Shown in pieces: positions 47,201 to 60,309 of a stretch of DNA of 64,000 bases. Under the pieces are notes generated by a model that was given only the letters and a program-made list of their open reading frames with translations, had not been told where the DNA came from and ran no database searches. The DNA is from Podarcis cretensis. Lineage: Eukaryota. The number at the start of each line of letters is the position of its first letter. Positions within the stretch are counted from its first letter, which is position 1. The translations under genes were made by a program, and so were the position numbers. Location: positions 6,262,001 to 6,326,000 of the forward strand of contig OX638164.1 of assembly GCA_951804945.1 (NCBI GenBank), in the 5' to 3' direction.

Positions 47201-50200
47201 GCAGCTCATTTCTCTCTTTCTCCCTAGCGGCACAGCATGCTCAAGCAGCAGGACCTGAATATTGCCATGATGGTGACATCGCGCGAAGTCTTGAGTGCTC
47301 TCTCTCAGCTTGTCCCCTGCGTTGGCTGCCGCCGGAGCGTGGAGCGCCTCTTCTCTCAGCTCGTGGAGTCGGGGAACCCTGCCCTCGAACCCCTCACCGT
47401 CGGGTCCAAGGGAGTCCTCTCTGTCACTCCGAGCTGCATGAGGGATGCGAAGAAGCTCTACACGCTGTTCTACGTGCACGGGTACGCTGAAGGGGGCAGT
47501 GTAGCTGTCACTAGTTTGTGGGCTGGCTTATGGCAGAATCATAGAATTGGGACCCCAAGGGTCATCTAGTCCAACCCCCTGCAGTGCATAAATCCTGTTA
47601 CCCAACATGAGGATCGAACCCGTGACCCTAAGATTAAGAGTCTTATCTTGGAGTTCAGCTCCTATCATCCCTGTCATTGACCCAACAGCTGCTTTCTAGG
47701 GCTGATGATGGAATAGAGTCCAGCAAGATCTGGAAGGCTGTTGATTCTCCACCCCTGGTGTAAAAGCAGATCACGGATGGAAGGAACTACTGTTACTACT
47801 AACAACAATAATTTGTTGCTGTTACTAATTTGTTATTAATTTATATGCCAGAATGGCTTCTCAGCAGTTTAAAACAGTAAAACCGATCTGTAAATAAAAT
47901 ACACTATAAACATTAATTAAACCCTTAATTAAAATAGAAATTAAACCCTTAATTAAAATAGCAACAAAACAAGCAATTCAAAAGCCCGGCAATCAAAACA
48001 GAGCGATGAAACCAGAAGTTCAGTTCCGGAGAGGGCTTTCCTAAAGAGGTGCGCCTGCAGGAGCCGGCAGAATGCCAGTATTGATGGGGGTCAGGGACTC
48101 TCGTATTTCAGCAGGGCGGGCCTTATAGGACACTGGTGCCGCCAGTGAAAAAGCCCACCTCCGCGTTACCACAAACCTTGTTAAAAGAAACGTGGGAGGA
48201 ATTAAATAAAACCCGCCAACAGTCTAAGGCTTTTGCTTTGCAACCTTACAAAGTTTAAACTCGTGAGCAGCAGCGCCTTGTAAAATGCTAATAAAAAGGT
48301 AAGGGGACCCCTGACCATTAGGTCCAGTCATGGCCGACTCTGGGGTTGCGACGCTCATCTCGCTTTTTTGGCCGAGGGAGCTGGCGTACAACTTCCAGGT
48401 CATGTGGCCAGCAGGATTAAGCCGCTCCCGGTGAACCAGAGCAGCGCATGGAAACGCCGTTTACCTTCCCGCTGGAGTGGTACCTATTTATCTACTTGCA
48501 CTTTGACATGCTTTTGAACTGCTAGGTTGGTAGGAGCAGGGATCGAGCAACGGGAGCTCATCCCGTCATGGGGATTTGAACCGCCGACCTTCTGATTGGC
48601 AAGTCCTAGGCTCTGTGGTTTAACCCACAGCACCACCCGCATCCCTAATACTAATGCTAATACTCGGCCGTAAATTAATTGCACAGCGGGCTTCTGCAAT
48701 ATCTTCTATACCTCTCTGTGGCGTTTTTTTTTTTTTAAAGGTCCAAGTTAAATGAAATGATTGATGCGATTCCGAAAAGTAAGAAGAACAAGAGGTGCCA
48801 GCTGCACTCCTTGGACACACACAAACCCAAGCCCTTGGGGTAAGTTCTTCAGAAGCAGCGTCCCTCTGTGCAGATGCCAGAAAGGGGGCTCTTCCATGAG
48901 CAGGAGGGGTAGCACCTTCCCAGCCAAGTGACTTTGTAGGCTGCTGGAAGCAGGGCAGCGAGGAATTGGGGTGGAAGAAGCAGGGCAGCTGAAATGCGCA
49001 AGGTTTAACACACAATTTAAGAAGCATGCCCATACACGGATGCTCTGTTAAAGTGCCCAGAATAGTTCTGGGACATCCTAAAAGCGCGGGTATGAAAAGC
49101 AAAGCAGTCTGTCTCAATATATTGTAGCTTTATGTTGTGAACCGCTCCATGGATGGAGGGTAGTAATTCAAATTTAATAAATCATCCCACCAGGTGGCCC
49201 ACCTTCCAGCTTTTGGGTGGCAGGGTGGGGTGGGGTAGAATTTAATAAATCATAATAAACCTAAGTAGAAACTGCCCCCCCCTCCTCTGGCAAATGTGAC
49301 TCTAGAAAGACAAGCCTAATCTGGTAGCCTGACTTGAGCTGTTTTGCTTACAAGTCATCCAAAATAAGAGTATAAAAGCTGCTCTGCTGAATCAGAGCAA
49401 AGTCTTGGGAAGAGTCCTGTTGGGGGCCCATTTGGTCCTGCATCCTGCCTCCATAGTGGCCAACCAGATGCCTTTTCTGGGAAGCCCAAAGCCGGACTGG
49501 ACTGCATCAGCTCGCTCCTCCCTGGTTGCGATTTCCAGCAAGCGGTACTCTGAGGCATATGGCCTCGCACAGTGGAGACAGAGCGTAGCCGCCGAGGCTG
49601 TTGCAGCAGACCTCAAATAACAGGCTCCTGGAAAAGTATGTCTTTGGTGTTCATTCCACCTCCGCTTCAAAAGTATCTTTTATTCAAATGGTTGTGAGGT
49701 TTTGTCCCCCTCCCCCAAAATACCGCTATGGTGCTAGATCAGCCTCCCACAACCTGGTGCTCTCAGATTGCAGTTCCTAGTGCTGGCTGGGACAGGTGAG
49801 ATTGGCAATCCCAAACACTGCTATCCTGGCTGGGGCTATTGGCAGCTGTCCTCCAAAACATCTGCAAGGCACCAAGTGTGTAAGGCTGCATTAGATCTTA
49901 CGGTTTGCTCCCGGGTTGGAAGGAAATCATTCCTTTTGATGTGGGGTTTTTAAATGAATGAGGTTCCTTTGCTTTCCCCTGAACCCCAAGAGCTGGGAAA
50001 AACTACTACTACTACTAATAATAATAATTAACAACAACAACAACAACTGTTATTATTATTTTATTCATACCCTGCCCATCTGGCTGGGTTCTCCCAGCTA
50101 TTCGAGGCAGTTTCAAACAGATATAAAAACATTAAATATTGAAAACTTCGCTATACAGGGCTGCCTTCAGGTGTCTGCTGGGAGGCCATTTCGCAGGACG

Positions 50201-53200
50201 GGCGCCCCAACTGAGAAGGCCCTCTCCCTGGTGGTTATTATTATTATTTATTAGATTTATATACTGTCCTTCATAACAAGATCTCAGGGTGGTTCACAGA
50301 GTAAAAATACCAAGTTTAAAACACATATTGCAGTGAGGGAAATGGTAGAAGGCCCTTGGAGTTGGATCTCAGTGTCCGGCCTGGATGATGGGGGGTGAAG
50401 CCATTTAGGGCTTTCAGGGTCAGCCATAGCAGCCCTTTGAATGGTGCTCCTAAGGGTCAGGAGAGTTGTTGTGCCCACTGACGTAGCCGCTAAATTCTTG
50501 TCTTAACACTGTGTGCTGCAGCGAAGGGAACAGTAGCGCCCTGAGTGCAGAGAAGTTAGGTGCAGATAAACGAAGTAGTGAAGACGACAGGAAGGAGAGC
50601 AGGTGTAGGATCACTTTCTACTATGGACCTTTCCAAGGAGCAGCCAGGTAAAGGGAACCGGTGGCAGCTGGGCTCTGGGCGCGGCGCGGCGTGTTCCCGT
50701 TGCCTCCAGCCCTCCACACTTGGGGAGGCTTCGTTCTGCTTTAACCCGCGCCGCTTTCCCCTCCTCCCCTGCAGGGGTTGCTGGATGGACGTGTGGGAGC
50801 TGATGTCTCAGGAGTGCAGAGACGAAGTAGTTTTAATCGACTCCAGCTGTCTGTTAGAAACATTAGAAACTTACCTCCGGAAACACAGGTGAGCAAATGG
50901 AAAAGTATGTTTTCTTAGCGTGGCGCTCGAGTCTCTTATCTCTCTCTGTCCAGCAAAGTTGCTCCAAAGGTGGGTTTTTGTTTTTTAAAAAAACGGCTTA
51001 TATGCATGTGTGAAATCTTGGCCAGTTTCTGAAGCTCCTTAGAGTTCATGCAACATATTTTTGCGTCAGCAGCTAAGGAGCTTACGGGGCCCTTCCTGGA
51101 GGAGCACACTGCTGAGGGAGGGGGGGGGAACGGGGCTCCCAGACGTCTTGAATATTTAGCTTTTGTACAAAGCTTGCATACTTGTTATACCGTGTTGTAT
51201 CAAGCATTTCCCTGTGGTACCATGTGGTGCAGTGGTTAGAGCATTAAACCGAGACCTAGGAGACCAGGGTTCAAATCCCCACTCAGCCCCAAAGCGCTCA
51301 CTGGGTTACCTCAGGCCTAGCTGTTCATTCTCAGCCTAATTTACCTCACAGGTTTCCTGTGAGGAGAAAATGGGGAGGAAGCGGAAGCATATAGGCCTTG
51401 AGCTCTCTGGGGGAAAGGTGGGCTGTAAATGTAATAAACAAATAAATACTGCTTCTTGACATTGTACTTAATGTAGAAAGTCTGCAATGTTTTAAAAGGT
51501 GAGTTATGCACAAGCTCCAAATCAGCTTTAATTGTATAATCCAGTTTTTCCCAGTATGTGGTTTGGATCCAGCCTGACAATAGCGCCTGCCTGGAAGCGC
51601 CCTAACAATTCTTCTTTTACATCCGGCACAGTCTGAGATTGGATGAGACCCCTGCCTAAAAGCATGCTGGGTGAAGATGATGAGCAGAAGCTGGTCCCTG
51701 TAGGACCCAGATGCATTATAACGACACACAGGGGGTTGTATCCGACATTAGTCCTGCTCAGATTATACCTATGAAAATTAATGGACATGCCACAGCTTCA
51801 CTCTGTTAATTCTAACAGGTTTTGCTCTAATTCAGTTGAATGCAACCCAGATTTTGTGTGTCTCTGTTTTGCTTTGAGTTTTGTTTTGTTTTTTGCAAAA
51901 AGGTTTTTGAACTATTAAGTGCTGTATAAATTCTTTCAAAGCAATAGATAAGTTGTGTTTGTCACAGTGAACAAAAAAACCAAAACCAAAAAGATGCAGT
52001 GGCGCTGTTAATGCAGGTACAAATTAAAATTTGGGATTATAGAAAGGGAAGAGGAACGGTCTGTTCCACCCCAGATTCAAGATGCAGCCACATAGTGCAG
52101 GAGGGAGCTCCTGGTTCCTTCTGTCTGGTAGCAACTCTGGGCAAAGAGTTTGCCCAGCCCTGTTGCCTTAACTGGACTATCTATTTTTCTTACCAAATGA
52201 AAAGTTCAGTTAACATAGGCATTAGCAATTAGCTATAAACAATACAATTTGATTTTAATCACATCTTCTAAAATATTTTGACATCCGTTTTGGTATCATT
52301 CTTTTGAATCTGAGAGCCAACTTTTACCAATGTGGTTTCTGATTTTGGTTGGTCTGCAGCCATAGTTTGTTTCCTGGTTCAGATGTAATGAGAAACCATG
52401 GTTTAATGGACACTTCCTGGTTTTTCCATTCCAGGAGCGGAGCAGGAGCCTAGGGGGCTCCATGTGGGTGCACAAAGCTCCCTTGTTTCTTGGCTTATCC
52501 AGCCGAGATTTGGCTTAGTCACAGCTGGCCCCTGCTTTGTCTGCGAAAGGCCCTCGGTTTAATTATCCCCACCTCCTGGTAGGGCTGGGAATGTCCCTTG
52601 CCCAAAACCCTGGAGAGCTGCTGCCAGTTCTATAACTGGAGGTAACCAAGATGGCTGGACTACGCTGAATCCAGCTTCCTCTGTCCCTGTGTACCAATCC
52701 TTCATCCTCCAACCAGAGGTAGGCCTTTACATAGATGACATGCCCTCTTTCCCCTTTCCAAACAGGTTTTGCACCGACTGCAAGAACAAAGTCCTGCGGG
52801 CTTACACCATCCTTATCGGCGAGCTGGACTGCAGCAAAGAGAAGGGCTACTGTGCCGCTCTCTACGAGGGGCTGCGCTGCTGTCCCCATGAGCGCCACAT
52901 CCACGTCTGCTGCGAGACAGACTTCATCGCCCACCTCCTTGGCCGAGCCGAACCCGAGTTCGCAGGAGGGTATGAGTATGTAATTTGCTAGAGTGGGCTA
53001 TCTAGCACTTTTGCTTCCTTTTGAAACATATTTTTTTCCCTTTTTACTGAATGTATATTTCAGATATATACATGTGGTGTGCGTGCCTCTCTTCCATCTC
53101 TCTCTGCTGCGTTGTTGACCCTTTTGTGGGGAGACAAGCTCACCTTCCTCTCGCAAGCGCTGCTTCCGAGTTGTGTGTGCGTGTGTGTGTGTGTTTGCAG

Positions 53201-56200
53201 TGTCATCTGGGCCCTAACTTGGTGTGTTGACTTGCAGGCAAACCTCTAGCTTTGTTTATTTGCATCTATTTTTAACCAGCCCTTCGCCTTGCGGTCCCAG
53301 GGCTGCTTATACACACAGCTCAGCGCAATTAAAACATGCGCCCTGGCTGCCTGTCCATGGCCGAGCCAGAGACAAGGTCCTTGTATTAATTTACAAAGCC
53401 CTAATCGAGTTGCCTTGCCCAAACCCTTATATCCTAGCTTGATTGCGGAGATCACCTTCAGGAGTGTTGCTGGCCATCCCCCCAAGTTGGAAAGGCTCCT
53501 CTGACATGGACACAAAACTGAAACTGTTCATTGCCACCAGGTTTATGTGGACAACTAAGAAAAAAACATTTTCCGCAACAGTAGCTGGTGATATTAATTT
53601 TTGCGTGGTTTTTCTTAGTTGCATTACAATTGTTGCACATCACATACATGTTTCTAAATGAAACTGCAATACCCCAGTAAGTATTCTTATAAATAGATAG
53701 AGGTACTTAACGCATGAAATGGGAAGGATATTCTGATCTCCCCACCCCTAAAGGCCTGTGCAAGAAATGTGTACGATGAGGCCAGATGTGCCTTTGGGTG
53801 GTTTTTAAAATGGTTGTCTGCTTGCTGACTGACGAAATAGGAGTTTGCTGGATGAGGCCAGTGGCCCATCTAGCCCAGCAACCTGTTTTCACAGCAGCCA
53901 TCCAGGTGCCCAAATGAGAATCTCAAAAGCAGGACCCAGATGCATGTGCCTGCTCCCCTTCTGTGATTTATAGCAACTGGTATTCAAAAGAACTACTGCC
54001 TCCAGTTTTACTTAGGAATATTGACATGCTGCACAAAAGCAGCTCCAGGGGGGTTATTATTTGTTATGGTATGTATTTTTGTGTTTTTATATTGTAAATA
54101 GCCCTGTGATCTTTGGATGAAGGGCAGTCTAGAAATTTAATAAATAATAATAGATAATGTTATAGGTCTACAACCACAGATTCTCTCACTCAAAATATCA
54201 TTGGACAGCTCTTCCTATCATACCTCTTGTTCCCTTACGTTAAAACAAGTTATATTTGTACCCCCTGCTTTTAAAAAAAGAAAGAAATGGTGTGGGATGC
54301 CTTTCTGTCGTTGTCCCTGCAGCAGGGAAATAGATCTAACAGAAGGCATTATTTCATCCTCCTCTAATCATTAAGTTGAGCAAGTGAATTCCACTTTTCC
54401 ACCCCCCTCCATGCTTGCTTGCAACTATGTTAGGAGTGCAAGAAGAGAAGTTTTTAAATTACATTTTTTGAGCTTAGGTGCACTTAGTTGGGATGGCTTT
54501 AGTTGTCCGCTAATGAGTGTGCATGCCTCTCTCAGCTGGTTGCTGGGCAGTTTTCTTTTTGCAAAGCGGCTTCAGCAATTGCGGTTGTGAATTGGTTGCT
54601 GTGATTTCCTCCACATGCTGGGCTGCAAGAACAGGAAACCCAAAGTATTTGTGTGTGTGCTCTGAGGACGTGTAGAAACCTAGGCCAAGCAATTTGCTAG
54701 CAGGGTTCTCCTCTGCATAGGTGATGGTGCAATGAATGCCATTTTTTATGTGTGTGTGTTTTCTGGCATATTAACCTGCATGTGGCATAAACTTCATTAT
54801 AACTAGATGATGCTTCTCAAATACCTTTCCGGGCTCCAGTTTATCTCCACTCAGCTGTGTGGCTTTTTGCAAGACCTGGCAGTTGGCTGACCATCGGCGC
54901 TCTTGCAGAGTTTTCCAAAGCCTCCACAGATTGTCAGGGCTTCAAAATGCTGCACACAGCTCTCTGCAAGCCGTTACGTCATGCGATTGACAGCTCCGCA
55001 GACCTGCGCACATGTCAAAAAGTAGCCTGTAGGGGTGGGGAAGATAAAACAGGGATGTGGGGGCTGGTTGACTGCTTAATTGCACCTTGATGAACAGGTA
55101 TACCCACAATTGATTTGCTTGGGCATAACTCCCAAAGACACAAAACATCTGTGGTTGTAGTCTTTGTCTGGAATTCACAGTGCTGCTTGATCTACACGTT
55201 ATAAGAATTTAGGCTTTAAGACAAAGACCCTGCCCATTTGGTCTGTGAGCTGTTTAGGCCAGGCCCACCAGCCCTACACCTGATACCATATGATGCCAGA
55301 TGTAGGGACCCTCAGTCAAAGCCTCATGCACTGGCAGCCACCTGGTTGTAAAGGCTTGCGCAGCACTGTGATGTCAGATGCATAGGTGAAAGGTGGCCTG
55401 TGGAACAAATCCACGTCCCATATCCCTCTTCGGAGGTGCTTCGGAGACGCCGTCCACCACCGCCCCATTTCCACGCCACATCACAATCTGTTTTCGTTTT
55501 AAAGTCTCCGTCATTTTCAAAAGCAGCCTGCCATGTGACATTGGAGGACCACTTGCTGTTTTGAGAGGCAGACAACTGAGGGCACAGCCCAGCTGGGCAC
55601 ACAAAGCGGATGGTGTAGTCTCCTGGATCGAAGGCTTGTATCAAGAATGCAAAGGGAGGGCCAGGTCTCAGTCTGATGCTTGGAACAACAAACCCTGCAC
55701 TATCCGCATACTTAAATAAAATAAAAATAATTAAAAAATTATTTATATCCCGCCCTCCCCAGCTGAAGTCGGGCTCAGAGTGGCTAACAACAATAAAATA
55801 ATACAGCATTCTTGGCTCTTTACAAACAGTTTTAATTCCGATTGGTACAGATGCTTTTTTTTAATGGTTCTCAATATTATTACTATTATACACCCCTAAA
55901 TCTGGCGCTTTCTCTACCACCAAAGATCATAAGCACATCAAAAGAGCCCTTGATCAGACCCAAAGCTTGCTGTTCTCAGAGTGGCCAACCAGTCAGATCT
56001 CTGCATCACTCCCAGTTCTAATCCAAAATACAGCGGTGGCAAACAAGTCGCTCCCGTGTGTGTCTTATGTAGAAAAAAACAACACATGGGACTGATTGGA
56101 CTCTGTGAAATTCATTCCCACTGGAAAGGCTCCCACTCCAACTCTTCCTATGAGGCCAGCATAGCTCATGGAACAGATACAAGAGGAATCAGGACTGCTT

Positions 56201-59200
56201 TGAGAACATTCCTGTCTTAGACCATGTCAGAATCATAAGTTGGTTCTGAGCATGCTTAGAGCTGTTTCTTTGACGGCCAGAGCTGGTATTCAGAAACGTA
56301 CCACCTTTGACACTGGAGGTAGGGCACAGCCATCGCGACTAGTAGCTATGAGTTAAAAGTATTTAGTGGCAGCTTTTAAAAAGCGTTTTGTTGTTTCTAT
56401 TATATAAAATCTTAATAAATATCTTTTTTTAAAAAAAATAAAAAGCGTTTTGCAATAAGAACAATATAACTGGCCCCCTGGTAGCTGTGCTGAGGTTTTA
56501 CACTGGTAAATAAACCTCTGGTCCTTTCCCTGTTCCAAAAATGGCTTCTAAAGCAGACTTGAGTTGCAGGAGATCTGCCCAAGGCTGGCAGATCGGGAGG
56601 AAACCCCCCCCCCCTTTAACAACTCTCGTTAACCCTTTAACCCTCCAGGCGAAGGGAGAGACATGCAAAGACAATTGACATCGCCCAAGAGGAGGTCCTG
56701 ACTTGCTTGGGGATCCATCTTTACGAACGGCTGCACCGCATCTGGCAGAAGCTGAGGGCGGAGGAGCAGACTTGGCAGATGCTGTTCTACCTTGGCGTTG
56801 ATGCTTTGCGCAAAAGTTTTGAGGTACTGAGAAAACAAGGTGGATTTTCCCCACTTGCCTGCAACTAAGGTGTTAAGAGCTGTTGGAGAAGACTCGAGTT
56901 CAAAAGTTGAGCGTATAATGTGTGGGGCGGAAAAAGAGAGAGAGTTGCTGCATTTTGGGCTGAGAAGATGTCATAATAGTCGCTTTGGGGAAAGAAAGTC
57001 TTAAAAGAAAACCAAGTCACCCTTTGGCTCCCAGGCTCATGCAACTGAGCATTTCCTCCTCCCTTTCTTTCCTGCACAGATGGCCGTGGAAAGAGTCCAG
57101 GGCATCAGCCGGCTGGAGCAGCTCTGCGAGGAGTTCTCCGAAGAGGAGCGGGTGCGAGAGCTCAAGCAGGAGAAGAAGCGCCAGAAGCGCAAGAACCGGA
57201 GAAAAAACAAGTGTGCGTGCGAGATCCCCGCTCCCTTGCAAGGGGTGGAGGAGAAGGAGAGGAGCCAGGAGAAGGTAAGTGTGGCCTTCCAACTTCGTAT
57301 GTCCACTCCTTGGGTCCGGAAAGGAACCCACAACCCACGCTGTTGTTTCAGAAGGGTTATATGAGATATGAAGGGCACCACAGCCAGCAAACTGGCTGCT
57401 GCATTTTGGACCCCTTGAAGATTCTGAGTCATCTTCAAGGGCAGCCCCACGTAGAGCCCAGTGCAGTAATCCAGCCTGGAATTTACCAGAGCATGGAGTA
57501 CAGTCAGTTCTGCCCAACAGGGGCTGTAGCTAGTGAACCAGCCATAGCTGGAAAATGGCACTCCTAGCCTCCAAGGTCACCTCAGCCTTCAGCAACAGTG
57601 TTGAATCTAGAGGGCACCAGGTTGGCAAACACTGCTGTTGCACTAGATCTGTCTTAACAGACATAGGGATCTCAAAATGTGCTGCTACAGTATATTTTTG
57701 TGTTCTGAGATTTATACTGTAGTTTTTCATTTAGTATTGCAGAGCTTTGTAATTTAGATTCTCAGTTTCTTTGTTAGCTGTATTCATCACTGTTTGGTAA
57801 ACTGCTTAGAGATTGCCTCTAAATTTCAAGTGGTATGTAAATACCTTATAAACAAATAAACCACCAGGCCTGACTGCGTTGAGAAAAGGAATTCCTCAAA
57901 TGACATTTTTAATTTGGTTGCACAGGCTTGTCGCTGGTTGAGTCCAGGCCCATCTCTTGCCCTCTGTCCTTCAGTTGCCCTCCATGTTTTCCCTCTCGTC
58001 CTCCAGGAAAACTTCTTGGAAAGCGGTTGCAAAGCCTGCGGCAGCACAGAGGAGAGAGGCAGCTGCATCGAGGTCATTGTGACCAACGAAAACACTTCCT
58101 GCACTTGTCCCACTGCTGGCACTTTACTGGGTTCACCCAAAATAAAGAAAGGTATGTTGTTTGAATTTGGTGGGATTCGTCTTGGGGGGAGAACCCCTCA
58201 AGCAGTAAAACTTCAGCACTGTTCCTCTTAATCCTCAGCTCTGATGCATTTTGAGCCGGTCTGCGCTCTTTAGGGAACCCTTCTACACTGAAATATGGAA
58301 ACTAATGTTTTGCAACACGCTGTGGGTTAAACCACAGAGCCTAGGACTTGCCAATCAGAAGGTCAGCAGTTCAAATCCCTGCGACGGGGTGAGCTCCCGT
58401 TGCTCGGTCCCAGCTCCTGCCAACCTAGCAGTTCGAAAGCATGGCAAAGTGCAAGTAGATAAATAGGGACCGCTCCGGCGGCAAGGTAAACGGCGTTTCC
58501 GTGCGCTGCTCTGGTTCGCCAGAAGCGGCTTAGTCATGCTGGCCACATGACCCGGAAGCGGTATGCCGGCTCCCTCGGCCAGTAAAGCAAGATGAGCGCT
58601 GCAACCCCAGAGTCGGCCATGACTGGACCTAATGGTCAGGGGTCCCTTTACCTTTACACTTACTAGGGGCTGCTCGCCAACCCACCACTCCTTCCCTCAT
58701 AACTCTCCCTGCACAGCTCACACCAACCCCCCTCCACTTCCCTTGCAAGCAAGCCACTCTGAATCACCTCCCACCCCCTCCTTTAAATGTCATTCCTCAG
58801 CAGCTCAGCTGGTCTGTCCAACACCTGCCCCACTTGCTTCCTTGCCTGCCGCCATTCTGTCATCATGCTGCAGTTAGCACAGCCACCTACTGGCAGACCA
58901 GAGAACTACAACATGATACTTACAGAAATAAGAGTACAGTGGTACCTTGGTTCCCAAACGACTCAGTTGTTGAACAAATTGGCTCCCGAATGCCGCAAAC
59001 CTGGAAATAAGTGTTCTGGTTTGTGAATGTTTTTTCGGAAGCCAAACGTCCAACACGGCTTCCACTTGAGTGCAGGAAGCTCCTGCAGCCAATCGGAAGC
59101 CGCGCCTTGGTTTTTGAATGGTTTCAGGTGTCGAACGGACTCCTGGAATGGATTAAGTTCGAGAACCAAGGTACCACTGTATATACAAAGTGAACTGAAA

Positions 59201-60269
59201 ACACTCTGTGTGTTGTATTCTACCTCCAGCACATGCCCTTCAAAACACCTCATTTAAAGTACCATAGTCATTTGTAAAGTTTGCAACAGATTCATTCCTT
59301 GATCTAGACCAGGATTCCAAAATGCTGTTATCTAAGACTAGATTATTATTATTATTATTAGTAGTAGTAGTAGTAGTAGTAGTAGTATTCTCTTGTACCC
59401 CACCCCTCTGGCCACTCCAGGCAGCTTCCAACTGTGTATAAAGGAACACACCAAAAAAATCAAAAGTTTCCCAGGTCAGGGCTGCTTTCAGATGTCTGCA
59501 GTATGAGGGATTAGCTCTACTAAAATATAGGAGGGCATGATATTTTCAAAAGTATAGTATTTTTCTTCAGAACTATTGTTCTTACTGGTGTATAGATGTA
59601 AAAAAATAAAACAATCTTCACAGAATACTCTCAGCCTTGATGTTACAGAATATGTTTTCGCTCTGCTGAGCAATCCCCTTTTTTCCTTCCTCTCTCTGTT
59701 CCTCCCTTCTAGGTTTATCTGCACATTGCAATGGCAGCGATTGTGGCTACTCCTCCAGCATGGAGGGCAGCGAAACGGGGTCGCGGGAGGGCTCGGACAT
59801 CGCTTGCACCGAAGGGATTTGCAACCACGACGAAAACGGTAGGTCTGGTGCAAAACGGCGTGGGGCAGGGGGGTAGGATACACCTGCGGCCCCCCTGAGG
59901 CCGTGGGACCCCAGCTCCCATCAGCCCTAGCTGGGCAGGGACCAGAGGCAAAAGCAAGCAGAGCAATGCATGTAAACTTTGTAGAGTAGCTTCCCTCCCC
60001 CTCTTTCTTTTTTCCTTTTTCCTTCTGTGATGGATCTCCTACTTGGGGACCTCCCTGGCTTTTTCTGGCCCATGTAGCACCACTTTGGATAGTTAGCCTT
60101 GGTGAAGACTTGACGCCAAAAAGTTTTTGAGTTTCTGCTGAAATGAGGCTGCATTTTGATGTTGTATTTTAATCCTATTTTTTAAGTTGTATTTTAATCA
60201 ATTGTTTTATATTTGGTGTTAGCCGCCCTGAGCCCGGTCTTGGCTGGGGAGGGCGGGGTATAAATAAAA

Positions 60270-60309
<40 letters not shown>

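Noticed and set aside
47600-47646. tRNA-Lys gene
   Set aside because: Only the degenerate 3' half is present, fused to a CR1 tail; SINE-derived
56610-56648. U12-like branch motif CCTTTAAC twice before exon 8
   Set aside because: The intron 7 donors (GTATGA, GTATGT) lack the U12 RTATCCTT consensus
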